Assembly: GCA_964589005.1 (NCBI GenBank)
Contig: CAZPQI010000002.1
Span: 1 to 50,379, forward strand
Reading direction: 5' to 3'
Source: an uncultured Candidatus Saccharibacteria bacterium
Lineage (GTDB): Bacteria; Patescibacteriota; Minisyncoccia; Phycocordibacterales; UBA2100
Length of the DNA stretch: 50,379 nucleotides
Shown here piece after piece: positions 15,715 to 23,828 of the stretch. The position numbers and the translations under genes are program-made. Numbering within the stretch: the stretch's first letter is position 1; every line of letters begins with the position of its first letter. The notes under the pieces were generated by a model, which did no database searches, had not been told where the DNA came from, and saw nothing but the letters and a program-made list of their open reading frames with translations.

Positions 15715-16401
15715 ATGATTATGAGCGCAAAAACACCACACTGCATTGGAATGATAATGGATGGAAATCGTCGTTGGGCGAAGGAGCGAGGACTTGCAAC
15801 ATTCGAAGGTCATAAAAAAGGTCTGGGAAATTTTGACGAAACAGCGCGATGGGTTCGCGATGCTGGTGTTAAACATCTGGCCGTGTACGCACTCTCTACT
15901 GAAAATTGGAATCGTAGTGAAGAAGAAGTTTCGTATTTATTAAAGCTTTTTCAGACTGCCATCGATGATGCTTTTAAGCGACTAGAAGAAGAGGGCGCTC
16001 GTATTCATTTTGTTGGAGATGTGTCGCGGTTCCCTCGAAAACTGCAAGATAACTTCAAGCGACTCGAAGAAAAAAGTAAAGAACATGACGATTTTCATGT
16101 GTGGGTGTGTCTTTCATACGGTGGGCGACTAGAAATAGAACACGCGGTAAAAAGTCTTGTTGCTTCAGGTGACGAAGTGACACAAGAAAGTATCCGCAAC
16201 CACATGTGGAGTGCAGGTATGCCTGATCCCGATTTAATTATTCGCACTGGAGGTGAGAAACGCCTTTCTAATTTTTTGCTCTGGCAAGGGGCGTATTCTG
16301 AACTCTTTTTTACTGACACATACTGGCCTGCATTTACAAAGGAAGAATTACAGGCGATACTCGAAGAGTATGCAAATAGAGAACGGAGGTATGGAAAATA
16401 A
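15715..16401 (+). CDS. uppS: Undecaprenyl-diphosphate synthase (cis-isoprenyl transferase)
   Basis: HCIGMIMDGNRRWA, AVYALSTENWNRS, IRTGGEKRLSNFLLWQGAYSELFF. Confidence 0.9.
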   Translation: MIMSAKTPHCIGMIMDGNRRWAKERGLATFEGHKKGLGNFDETARWVRDAGVKHLAVYALSTENWNRSEEEVSYLLKLFQTAIDDAFKRLEEEGARIHFVGDVSRFPRKLQDNFKRLEEKSKEHDDFHVWVCLSYGGRLEIEHAVKSLVASGDEVTQESIRNHMWSAGMPDPDLIIRTGGEKRLSNFLLWQGAYSELFFTDTYWPAFTKEELQAILEEYANRERRYGK

Positions 16402-17038
16402 AAAGTTGGAACGAGACTGGAGAGCAGAAAATTTGGCAGTTTACAATAAAACGGCAGTTAGAATGGCGAAGAAGTTTAACGATATAGGAGCACGAACTAA
16501 AGATATAGACATTTTGTTTTCTTACCTTGAGGATGGGGTAATAGACCCTCAAATATTGGAAATAGGATGTGGGAACGGTAGAGATGCCAAAGAAATAAGT
16601 AGAAGAACCAAAAATTACTTAGGGATAGATGTTTCGGAAGGCATGATTAATATAGCTAGAGACACTGTTCCCAACACTGAGTTTATCGTAGCGGACATGG
16701 AAACGTACACTTTTCCAGAAAACTTAGATGCTGTTGTTGCGTTCGCATCATTGTTGCATTCTGATAGAGCTACCTTTGCAAGTGTGCTTCAAAAAGCTTG
16801 GAACTCACTTACACCTGAAGGAGTTTTCTATATTTCGTTAAAGAAAGGTAATTATGGAAAACATGTAAAGACAGATGAATTCGGTACAAGAACTTATTAC
16901 TTCTACACACGTGGTGACATTGAGAAGCTTACTAAAAATAATTACGATATTGTAAATGTAGTTGATACGGAGCTTAATGGACAAGAGTGGTTAGACATTG
17001 TTCTCAAGAGAAAAGGTAAAAAAACTTATGGAAAATAA
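16391..17038 (+). CDS. Class I SAM-dependent methyltransferase
   Basis: Motif I ILEIGCGNGRDA and motif II DAVVAFASLLH. ATG at 16391 is preceded by GGAGG and overlaps the end of uppS by 11 nt. Confidence 0.75.
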   Translation: MENKKLERDWRAENLAVYNKTAVRMAKKFNDIGARTKDIDILFSYLEDGVIDPQILEIGCGNGRDAKEISRRTKNYLGIDVSEGMINIARDTVPNTEFIVADMETYTFPENLDAVVAFASLLHSDRATFASVLQKAWNSLTPEGVFYISLKKGNYGKHVKTDEFGTRTYYFYTRGDIEKLTKNNYDIVNVVDTELNGQEWLDIVLKRKGKKTYGK

Positions 17039-17762
17039 TCCCATTATAATTTATGAAGATGAGGATGTGTTGGTTATAAACAAACCATCTGGTTTAGTGG
17101 TGCATGGCGACGGACGTACAAAAGAGGATTCGGTTGCTGACTGGGTGGTAGAAAAGTATCCTGAAATAAAAGAAGTGGGAGAGCCATGGGAAAATCAAAA
17201 AGGAGAATTGATACCTCGCCCTGGTATTGTGCATCGGCTCGATAGAGAAACGAGTGGCGTTATGGTGGTCGCTAAAACACAAGAGAGCTTCGAGTTTTTA
17301 AAAGAGCAGTTTAAAGAACGGAATGTAAAAAAGACATATCGAACATTCGTATACGATGTATTTAAAGAGGAGGATGGAGACATAGAAAGACCCATTGGGA
17401 AAAGCAAAAATGATTTTAGGAAGTGGTCAGCACAGCCCGGAAGTCGGGGAGTGCAAAGGAGTGCACACACTGCGTGGGAGGTATTGGGAAGAATTGAGAA
17501 GAACAATAAAAAATACACGTACCTTGAACTAACTCCCACCACAGGGCGTACACATCAGTTGAGGGTACATTTAAAAGCAATTCACCACCCCATAGTGTGC
17601 GATAAGCTCTACGCACCAAAGCGTGGATGCTATCTTGGGTTTAAGCGTTTGGCATTACACGCACATACTTTAACTATTTCAACCAAGGGTACATTTGAAG
17701 CTCCGTTTCCTGAGGATTTTGAGGACGCAATACAAGAGCTGGATATTATAGATAATAACTGA
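17028..17762 (+). CDS. RluA-family pseudouridine synthase
   Basis: VINKPSGLVVH, catalytic HRLDRETSGVMVVAKT, and TGRTHQLRVHL. It lacks an S4 domain. Confidence 0.85.
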   Translation: MENNPIIIYEDEDVLVINKPSGLVVHGDGRTKEDSVADWVVEKYPEIKEVGEPWENQKGELIPRPGIVHRLDRETSGVMVVAKTQESFEFLKEQFKERNVKKTYRTFVYDVFKEEDGDIERPIGKSKNDFRKWSAQPGSRGVQRSAHTAWEVLGRIEKNNKKYTYLELTPTTGRTHQLRVHLKAIHHPIVCDKLYAPKRGCYLGFKRLALHAHTLTISTKGTFEAPFPEDFEDAIQELDIIDNN

Positions 17763-17801
17763 TGGGCAAGGGGTTCTCTTACACACTTACCCATTAGAAG
17801 A

Positions 17802-17838
17802 TTGACACCTTAAGTTATTACGTATACTATTACGTAAT
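17802..17838 (+). promoter_or_regulatory. Putative promoter with operator palindrome of toxin-antitoxin pair 1
   Basis: TTGACA (17802-17807), a 17-nt spacer, then TACTAT (17825-17830). The -10 lies between inverted arms ATTACGTA (17817-17824) and TACGTAAT (17831-17838). The ATG follows at 17839. Confidence 0.5.
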
Positions 17839-18093
17839 ATGAATATCACCAACTCCAAAAACAAAGTGACCATTATGCTTGATACACAAGTGTATGAAGG
17901 ACTACGTGCCAAAGTTGGCGCGCGTGGCATCGGTGAGTATCTTAGTAAATTAGCGCGTCCTTATGTGGTTTCAGATGATATCGAAGCAGGGTACAAAGCT
18001 ATGGCAGCTGATGATAAACATAACAAAGAAGCCAACGAATGGATTGAGGGAACGTTGTACACGTCGGATGATGAAAATGTATGGCAGTTTTAA
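17839..18093 (+). CDS. Type II antitoxin (MazE/RHH-like), partner of the MazF-like toxin
   Basis: 84-aa acidic C-terminus. Overlaps the downstream PemK/MazF gene by 13 nt. Confidence 0.65.
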   Translation: MNITNSKNKVTIMLDTQVYEGLRAKVGARGIGEYLSKLARPYVVSDDIEAGYKAMAADDKHNKEANEWIEGTLYTSDDENVWQF

Positions 18094-18419
18094 AACCCAA
18101 GAGAGGTGAGGTGAGATGGATTAATTTTGACCCGAGTGAAGGCTCAGAAACGCAAAAAACTAGGCCAGCAATTATTGTAAGTAATAATAGTGCAAATAAA
18201 TACCTAAGTCGTTTTCAGGTTATCCCGCTTACTTCAAATATAAAACAAATATATCCTTCTGAATGCTTGGTATTGGCTAGTGGGCAAAAAAGCAAAGCCA
18301 TGGCAGATCAAATTACTACCGTAGATACTATTCGCGTAGGTAAGAAGATCAGCTTCCTTTCAGGTAAAGATTTAATTTCGGTGGAACAAATAATGAAAAT
18401 ACAATTAGGCTTAGATTAG
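18081..18419 (+). CDS. mazF: MazF/PemK-family endoribonuclease toxin
   Basis: KPKRGEVRWINFDPSEGSETQKTRPAIIVSNN...VIPLTSN... is the canonical PemK pattern. Confidence 0.8.
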   Translation: MAVLKPKRGEVRWINFDPSEGSETQKTRPAIIVSNNSANKYLSRFQVIPLTSNIKQIYPSECLVLASGQKSKAMADQITTVDTIRVGKKISFLSGKDLISVEQIMKIQLGLD

Positions 18420-18472
18420 TTCATTGCATTGCCTAGTGGTATCAGCCGTGATACAGTTTCGCGCACTAATAT

Positions 18473-19105
18473 ATGAATAACAAAGTCATCACAAGTCCAG
18501 TAAATATGGAAGAGCGAGCGAATCTTGGCATTAAATCTGGGGACACTGTTCGTGTGTGGTTGAAGATTCAAGAAAAAGACAAAACGCGTTTACAGGCCTT
18601 CGAAGGTTTGGTGCTTGCCCGCAAACATGGAGCAGAAGCAGGGGGAACATTTACAGTACGCAAAGTTTCCAGTGGGGTAGGTGTAGAGAAAATTTTCCCA
18701 CTGTATTCGCCAATTATTGATAAAATTGAAATTGTAAAGCGAGCAAAAGTACGTCGTGCTAAGTTGTACTTTATTCGCGACAAAGTTGCTCGCGAAGTTA
18801 AACGATTATTGCGTAATACTAAGATGATGGGAATTTCTACTAAAGGTTCGCTCGAGCTTGAAGCTGAACGTAAGCAAGCTGAATCAGAAGAAAATAAACG
18901 ACAAGAGGAAGAAACAAAACGAGTAGAAGAGGAAGAGGCCGCGAAGACAACAACAGACAATGCAGACGACAGCACTGAAGAGGTAACTGAGGGCGAGTCG
19001 AAAGATGAAGCTCACGAGGAGGAGAAAAAGGAAGAAGAGAAACCAGCAGACACTGAAGAAAAAGAAGCAGAAACTCCAGAGGTGGAAGACAAGAAGAAAG
19101 AATAA
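18473..19105 (+). CDS. rplS: 50S ribosomal protein L19 with about 90-aa Glu/Lys-rich C-terminal extension
   Basis: [31 protein letters not shown]...[28 protein letters not shown] is the L19 core. The tail after about residue 120 is EEKKEE low complexity. Confidence 0.9.
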   Translation: MNNKVITSPVNMEERANLGIKSGDTVRVWLKIQEKDKTRLQAFEGLVLARKHGAEAGGTFTVRKVSSGVGVEKIFPLYSPIIDKIEIVKRAKVRRAKLYFIRDKVAREVKRLLRNTKMMGISTKGSLELEAERKQAESEENKRQEEETKRVEEEEAAKTTTDNADDSTEEVTEGESKDEAHEEEKKEEEKPADTEEKEAETPEVEDKKKE

Positions 19106-19140
19106 ACAAAACCCTACGATCGAATCGCAGGGTTTTGTTT
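19105..19140. terminator. Hairpin after rplS (17-bp arms, 1 mismatch)
   Basis: AAACAAAACCCTACGAT-CGA-ATCGCAGGGTTTTGTTT. Confidence 0.7.
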
Positions 19141-19145
19141 TATTT

Positions 19146-19240
19146 GGCGCAGGTTACTAATTCACTACGTTCATAAGTACCTCCTGCCCTGGCTCGCCCG
19201 TTTTGCTCAAGGAAAGTCGCAAAACATGACTCCGCCTCAC
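19146..19240 (-). repeat. tRNA-3'-linked structured repeat, copy E4 (downstream of tRNA-Leu; shorter)
   Basis: Minus sense reads GTGAGGCGGAGTCATGTTTTG...CAAAACGGGCGAGCCAGGGCAGG-[25-nt module]-CCTGC. It aligns with the 5' half of the E2 core. It carries the same 25-nt module as E3, in the opposite orientation. Confidence 0.7.
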
Positions 19241-19245
19241 AAATC

Positions 19246-19273
19246 TAAAAAACAGCACACAAGTGCTGTTTTT
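19246..19273 (-). terminator. Hairpin with T run directly 3' of tRNA-Leu
   Basis: AAAAACAGCAC-TTGT-GTGCTGTTTTTT in minus sense. Confidence 0.65.
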
Positions 19274-19285
19274 CTTTACGATTTG

Positions 19286-19369
19286 TGCCCAGAACTGGAG
19301 TTGAACCAGCACGCCCGTAAAGGCACATCCCCCTCAAGGATGCATGTCTACCAATTCCATCACCTGGGC
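19286..19369 (-). tRNA. tRNA-Leu (anticodon GAG), long variable arm
   Basis: Acceptor GCCCAGG/UCUGGGC, D region AUG-GAAUUGGUAGA-CAU, anticodon stem CAUCC/GGAUG with loop UUGAGGG, variable arm UGCCUUUACGGGCG, T loop UUCAACU. Confidence 0.85.
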
Positions 19370-19464
19370 AGTGTGGTGCGTATTTTAACGACTTTTACCG
19401 CGTACGCAACATAAAATGTCTGCCTACTGTACTCAATTGTTGATTCATTATGTATACTCGTTGC

Positions 19465-20019
19465 ATGGTGCTATACACAGGAAAAGGTGATGATGGTACG
19501 ACCAAGCTGTTTAACACAGAATCAGACAGTCGAGTTTCTAAGGATGATGCAATTTTTGAAGCGCTCGGAACCGTGGATGAACTCAATACCGTTATCGGGT
19601 GGTGCCGCAGTGCATGCGCGATTGATTGGTTTGTGGGTGACCAGAGTGTTAGTTCAATTTTGTTAGATGTACAACATCACTTGTTTACTATTCAGGCCGA
19701 ATTGGCTGGAGCAGAAAAAAGTATTCCAGAAAAAAACGTACAACAAATTGAAGTACGCATAATAATAATTGAAGAAAAAATTCCCGAGATAACAACTTTT
19801 TTTGTTCCAGGAGGTAGTGAGTTATCGTCGCGACTCGATATTGCCCGCGCAGTTAGTAGGCGAGCAGAGCGAAGACTGGTAGCACTCGAGGAAGAAAAAA
19901 AAGTATCTGGGTTTACACTTGCATATGCGAATAGGCTTTCTTCACTATTGTATGCTTTGGTGCGATTTGTAAATCATAATACTGATGTTGATGAACAACC
20001 TCCAGAGTACGTTGGGTAG
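19465..20019 (+). CDS. PduO-type ATP:cob(I)alamin adenosyltransferase family protein
   Basis: YTGKGDDGTT N-terminal motif and a helical-bundle remainder (FVPGGSELSSRLDIARAVSRRAER). Start taken at MVLYTGKGDDG. Confidence 0.8.
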   Translation: MVLYTGKGDDGTTKLFNTESDSRVSKDDAIFEALGTVDELNTVIGWCRSACAIDWFVGDQSVSSILLDVQHHLFTIQAELAGAEKSIPEKNVQQIEVRIIIIEEKIPEITTFFVPGGSELSSRLDIARAVSRRAERRLVALEEEKKVSGFTLAYANRLSSLLYALVRFVNHNTDVDEQPPEYVG

Positions 20020-20138
20020 AATCCTCAGAGTTAACGTATTTCTTTGTCGCGCTTCAGCAAATGGCGATTGTTGTATGCGCGATACAACTCACTTCATTTG
20101 TCTCACGCTCCTCGAACTACATTTAATTCTGAGGATTC
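20019..20138 (-). repeat. Family-2 structured intergenic repeat, copy B (inverted relative to copy A)
   Basis: Closing stem GAATCCTCAGAGTTAA / TTAATTCTGAGGATTC (one G-T). The reverse complement aligns with copy A over ATGTAGTTCGAGGAGCG, GTTGTAT-CGCGC-ATACAAC and GCGACAAAGAAATACG. Confidence 0.75.
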
Positions 20139-20218
20139 TAGAGTTAGCGCTGTATAAGAAGTTCGCGAAGTAGTGTAAAATTTGTTATATATAGCGAGTG
20201 CTCGTAGGCACACACTAT

Positions 20219-20290
20219 GGCGACTATGGTGTAATGGTAGCACTACTCCTTGTGGAGGAGTCAGTTCGGGTTCAAATCCCGATAGCCGCC
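20219..20290 (+). tRNA. tRNA-His (anticodon GUG), encoded G-1
   Basis: G-1 plus acceptor GCGACUA paired to UAGCCGC with C73 (one A-C mismatch), anticodon stem ACUCC/GGAGU with loop UUGUGGA, T arm UCGGG-UUCAAAU-CCCGA. Confidence 0.8.
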
Positions 20291-20302
20291 CAGATAAATA
20301 CC

Positions 20303-20336
20303 AAAAGCCGCGTATGCGAAAGCAGACGCGGCTTTT
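20303..20336 (+). terminator. Rho-independent terminator after tRNA-His
   Basis: AAAAGCCGCGT-loop-ACGCGGCTTTT. Confidence 0.7.
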
Positions 20337-20434
20337 GAAGTTGACGAAAAGTTCCCCACAGGGTGTGATTGCCGAAAAAAACAGCGTGCTACACTTAAAC
20401 TACATTATTATTAAGTTATAGTATTTATATTGTT

Positions 20435-20827
20435 ATGGAAACATCAATACTTTTAGCACAGGTCATAGGATTATATCTAGTTCTTGAGGGACTCGTGGTG
20501 CTTACGCAACGTAAATTTGTTATGCATATCGTTGACGACATGAGCAACCACAAAGCTCTTATGTACGTAACGGGAGCGATGATTCTTATCCTCGGACTCC
20601 TCATTGTGCTTAACCACAACGTGTGGGAAGCAACATGGCGAATAATTCCAACAATCATTGGTTGGGCGATGGTAGCCAAGGGAATTGCGATTTTCTTCGT
20701 TCCAAAAATGGTTATGAGGAAGGCAAGGAGGTTTGCTAAAAACCGCAATATGGCGGTATTAGCCGGCATCGCAGCAGTAGCCGTAGGAGCGTATCTTGTA
20801 TACGTCGGATTCGGTCTTGGTGCGTAG
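20435..20827 (+). CDS. Hypothetical four-TM membrane protein
   Basis: 130 aa and entirely hydrophobic helices. I recognise no motif. Confidence 0.5.
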   Translation: METSILLAQVIGLYLVLEGLVVLTQRKFVMHIVDDMSNHKALMYVTGAMILILGLLIVLNHNVWEATWRIIPTIIGWAMVAKGIAIFFVPKMVMRKARRFAKNRNMAVLAGIAAVAVGAYLVYVGFGLGA

Positions 20828-20856
20828 TCGCATAAAGGATTATTGAACTACTAGCG

Positions 20857-20889
20857 AAAACACCCCAGCCGTACAGGCTGGGGTGTTTT
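20857..20889 (+). terminator. Rho-independent terminator
   Basis: AAAACACCCCAGCC-GTACA-GGCTGGGGTGTTTT. Confidence 0.75.
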
Positions 20890-20949
20890 CCACAGGAGCA
20901 TGTCTAACGCATCTTGTGTTTTTCAGGGAGTGCGATAATATATGAATGT

Positions 20950-21270
20950 ATGAGCGAGCTTTCATATAAAGATACAACCAAGAAAGAAATAGGGTGGGCG
21001 CAGGAAACTGCTTCTGTTTTTAAAATTCTTGCCGATCCAACACGATGTAAGCTTCTCAAGTTACTTATACAAAATAAAGAGGGCATGTGCGTTGGAGAAA
21101 TAGCAGACATCATAGACTCTTCTCCGTCAGCAACGAGCCACCAGCTCACCGCGCTTGAGGTTCGTGGGGTGTTAAAGAGTTTTCGAGAAGGGCAGTCTAT
21201 ATGTTACAAAGTTTCCGATACGCGTATCGCACGAAATATTATGAGGATATTAGAAGTTTTTTTCAAATAA
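20950..21270 (+). CDS. ArsR/SmtB-family metalloregulatory transcription repressor
   Basis: FKILADPTRCKLLKLLIQNKEGMCVGEIADIIDSSPSATSHQLTALEVRGVL is the wHTH with the CVGE (alpha-3-type) motif. Start taken at MSELSYKD. Confidence 0.8.
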   Translation: MSELSYKDTTKKEIGWAQETASVFKILADPTRCKLLKLLIQNKEGMCVGEIADIIDSSPSATSHQLTALEVRGVLKSFREGQSICYKVSDTRIARNIMRILEVFFK

Positions 21271-21280
21271 ATAATAAAGT

Positions 21281-22363
21281 ATGACTCAAAAATATGTAAT
21301 TCTGATTGTGGCCATTCTAGCGATACTTTTCGTTGTGGCATTATTCGTTTTAAATTCAAACGAAACACAAAAAGTATCTTCTCTGGGTAGTAGTGGTGTT
21401 AGCCAAGAAGATGTAAGAGAAAATACACAAGAGCCAGTAAATACTGAAAGCGTGCAGCGGTCTCCAGAATCTTCCAGTAACGATGGAGCACTAGGAGATG
21501 CTACAAATAAAATAAACAAAATTTTCGAAGAAATTCCTGATAGCGAAATTCTCTCGGGTGGACCAGGTAAAGACGGCATTCCATCTATCGAGAATCCAAA
21601 GTTTGTCAGTGTAAAGAAAGCGTCTTTTCTTAACGACGACGACATAGGTATCGCTTTACAAGTTGGCACTGAGGCTCGTTTTTATCCTTTCCAAATACTT
21701 GTGTGGCATGAAATTGTTAACGATACAGTCGGCGGGATACCCCTGGCCGTTACCTACTGCCCCCTGTGTTTTACAGGTATTACATTTGAACGAACGCTTA
21801 ATGGAAAGGTAACTGAATTTGGCGTCTCGGGGAGACTTTGGAAATCGAATTTAGTGATGTATGACCGAACGGAAAATACCGCGGATGAATCACTGTGGTC
21901 ACAAGTGTTGGGGCGTGCAATTAAAGGACCAAAAACAGGCACACAACTCACTATTTATCCATCGGACACAATAAAGTTTGGTGAGTGGAGTAAGGCGCAT
22001 CCCGATGGAGCAGTGCTTTCACGTAAAACCGGAGCGTTTAGAGCATATGGAACAGACCCGTATGGTAGTTATTATACTAATCGTGACGTATCGTTTGGGG
22101 CGAGCTTTAGCGATACGCGCTTGCATCCAAAAGAGTTTATTCTCGGCATTGAGATTGATGACCAATTTAAGGCGTATGTTTCAGATGCGCTACCAGTTGG
22201 TACGACCAACGACACTTTTGCAGGTAAAACAATAACGATTGAAAAAAGTGTAGCAAGCGAGGTACGTATGTCGGTTGAAGGCAAGCCACTGCCACACATT
22301 GGAGGATTTTGGTTCTCATGGGCTGAGGTACACCCAACCACAGAACTTTACGAGAGCAATTAA
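21281..22363 (+). CDS. DUF3179-domain secreted/membrane-anchored protein
   Basis: N-terminal TM, GGPGKDGIPSIENPKF, YPFQILVWHEIVND, and PLAVTYCPLCFTG (CxxC), which I recognise as the DUF3179 pattern. Confidence 0.7.
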   Translation: MTQKYVILIVAILAILFVVALFVLNSNETQKVSSLGSSGVSQEDVRENTQEPVNTESVQRSPESSSNDGALGDATNKINKIFEEIPDSEILSGGPGKDGIPSIENPKFVSVKKASFLNDDDIGIALQVGTEARFYPFQILVWHEIVNDTVGGIPLAVTYCPLCFTGITFERTLNGKVTEFGVSGRLWKSNLVMYDRTENTADESLWSQVLGRAIKGPKTGTQLTIYPSDTIKFGEWSKAHPDGAVLSRKTGAFRAYGTDPYGSYYTNRDVSFGASFSDTRLHPKEFILGIEIDDQFKAYVSDALPVGTTNDTFAGKTITIEKSVASEVRMSVEGKPLPHIGGFWFSWAEVHPTTELYESN

Positions 22364-22372
22364 ATTAGTCGT

Positions 22373-22936
22373 ATGAAAAATATATACACCATAGGAATTG
22401 TTATATTAGTTATTATTGTAGGCGGTGCTTTTTTTCTGCGGGAAGATACTTCGAATATTTCTTCAGGTAGTTCAGAGCCCGTACCATCAGAATCTTCAGA
22501 AAAAAAAGAAACTCCCTCACTTGGCACAGTTCCCGAAACAAATATTCAAAATCCAGACGGAAGTGAGGTCGCATTGAGCGAGGTGCTTGTGCGCAATACG
22601 GTAATCAACTCGTGGGCGGCGTGGTGTCCATTTTGTGTGAAAGAGTTAGCTGAGTTCGCGGAGTTTGCATCTGAACGCGAAGGTGAGATTGATCTTATCA
22701 TCGTAAACCGTGGGGAATCAGTAGAAACGGGAGAAGCTTTTCTTAAAGAGCTTGGGTTGAGTGAAACGAGTATGCGAGTATTCTACGACGAAGACCAGTC
22801 ACTCTATCAAGCGTTTGGCGGTTTCTCGATGCCTGAAACTATATTTGTTGATAGCGAGGGTGAAATTCGTTTTCACAAACGAGGACCTCTTACAAAATCA
22901 GAACTTGAAAATATTGTTAATAACTTAGGTTGGTAG
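22373..22936 (+). CDS. TlpA/ResA-like membrane-anchored thioredoxin-fold thiol:disulfide oxidoreductase
   Basis: N-terminal TM and active site NSWAAWCPFCVKEL (WCxxC). Confidence 0.8.
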   Translation: MKNIYTIGIVILVIIVGGAFFLREDTSNISSGSSEPVPSESSEKKETPSLGTVPETNIQNPDGSEVALSEVLVRNTVINSWAAWCPFCVKELAEFAEFASEREGEIDLIIVNRGESVETGEAFLKELGLSETSMRVFYDEDQSLYQAFGGFSMPETIFVDSEGEIRFHKRGPLTKSELENIVNNLGW

Positions 22937-22937
22937 T

Positions 22938-23702
22938 ATGGAACCGATAAGCATAGGTCTTATAGCAGCAGCTTTTATCGCAGGAATATTTACTTTTTTA
23001 GCACCCTGCACGCTTCCTCTCATACCTGCGTATCTAGGCTTTATTAGTGGGGTAGACCCTGACGCCCTTAAGGATCCGAGCCGTAGAAAAGAAGTACGAC
23101 GAAAAATTATAGTAAACGGACTCTTTTTTGTTATTGGATTTTCAATAATCTTTGTACTCTTCGGCGCACTCGCAGGGTTTATCGGCGCCGAACTAGCTCC
23201 GTATCGCATCTGGCTTTCGCGTGTCGGTGGGGTATTTATTATTTTATTTGGTTTATTGATGCTTGGAGTATTTAACCTTCCATTTTTACAGCGCGACCAC
23301 AAAATAAAAATGCCAAGTTGGATTGCAGTTGGTAAGCCTTCGAGCTCAAGCCTCATTGGAGCAATTTTTGCACTCGGATGGACACCGTGTGTGGGCCCCG
23401 TGCTCGGTTCTATCTTGCTTCTTGCTTCTTCAAGTGCGACAGCATTCTCAGGAGGGCTTTTACTGTTGGTATTTTCTTTGGGACTTGCAGTGCCGTTTAT
23501 GATTACCGCAGTAGGCTTTGCACATGCGAGTGAGCGCATTAACGCAATTCAGAAATGGCTCAAGTGGGTATCAATAATTGGCGGGGTATTCCTTATAGGA
23601 ATTGGACTTCTTTTGGTAACGAATAATTTTGTCCTTCTTATCGTATGGGGCTTTAAACTTTTTGGCTTCCTTGAGTATGAATCGTTACTTAATCTTTTGT
23701 AG
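22938..23702 (+). CDS. ccdA: CcdA/DsbD-family transmembrane thiol-disulfide electron transporter
   Basis: FLAPCTLPLIPAYLGF and LGWTPCVGPVLGSIL, the two conserved Cys-containing half-motifs of CcdA. Confidence 0.8.
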   Translation: MEPISIGLIAAAFIAGIFTFLAPCTLPLIPAYLGFISGVDPDALKDPSRRKEVRRKIIVNGLFFVIGFSIIFVLFGALAGFIGAELAPYRIWLSRVGGVFIILFGLLMLGVFNLPFLQRDHKIKMPSWIAVGKPSSSSLIGAIFALGWTPCVGPVLGSILLLASSSATAFSGGLLLLVFSLGLAVPFMITAVGFAHASERINAIQKWLKWVSIIGGVFLIGIGLLLVTNNFVLLIVWGFKLFGFLEYESLLNLL

Positions 23703-23760
23703 TACAAATGATCGAGAAGAAATTTTCGTGGATGCATGAGAGCTGGACTTTTTCACAAGA

Positions 23761-23790
23761 AATGGTCGGCTAAAAGAATAGCCGACCATT
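23761..23790. terminator. Bidirectional hairpin between ccdA and the purK remnant
   Basis: AATGGTCGGCT-AAAAGAAT-AGCCGACCATT. Confidence 0.65.
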
Positions 23791-23828
23791 TTGATTGTTT
23801 GATGTTCTGAAGAACAATAGAGCTACAC

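Noticed and set aside
20061-20126. A short ORF inside family-2 copy B (MAIVVCAIQLTSFVSRSSNYI*) has a similar counterpart on the reverse strand of copy A (…LVVCSIQLIPFYSCSLNYI*), which suggested a conserved micro-protein.
   Set aside because: Copy A has no ATG start. In copy C the internal insertion shifts the conserved 3' block into another frame, so the peptide is not preserved. Substitutions are mostly nonsynonymous. The GTTGTAT-loop-ATACAAC hairpin with a variable loop is better explained by RNA or DNA structure.
22925-23539. Long antisense ORFs opposite confident genes (for example 22925-23539, 13107-13481, 38109-38606, 44908-45456, 6915-7412, 9521-9907, 269-559).
   Set aside because: These are shadow ORFs on the opposite strand of genes with clear family motifs. 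Their translations are low-complexity (Ser/Pro/Arg-rich) and carry no motifs.
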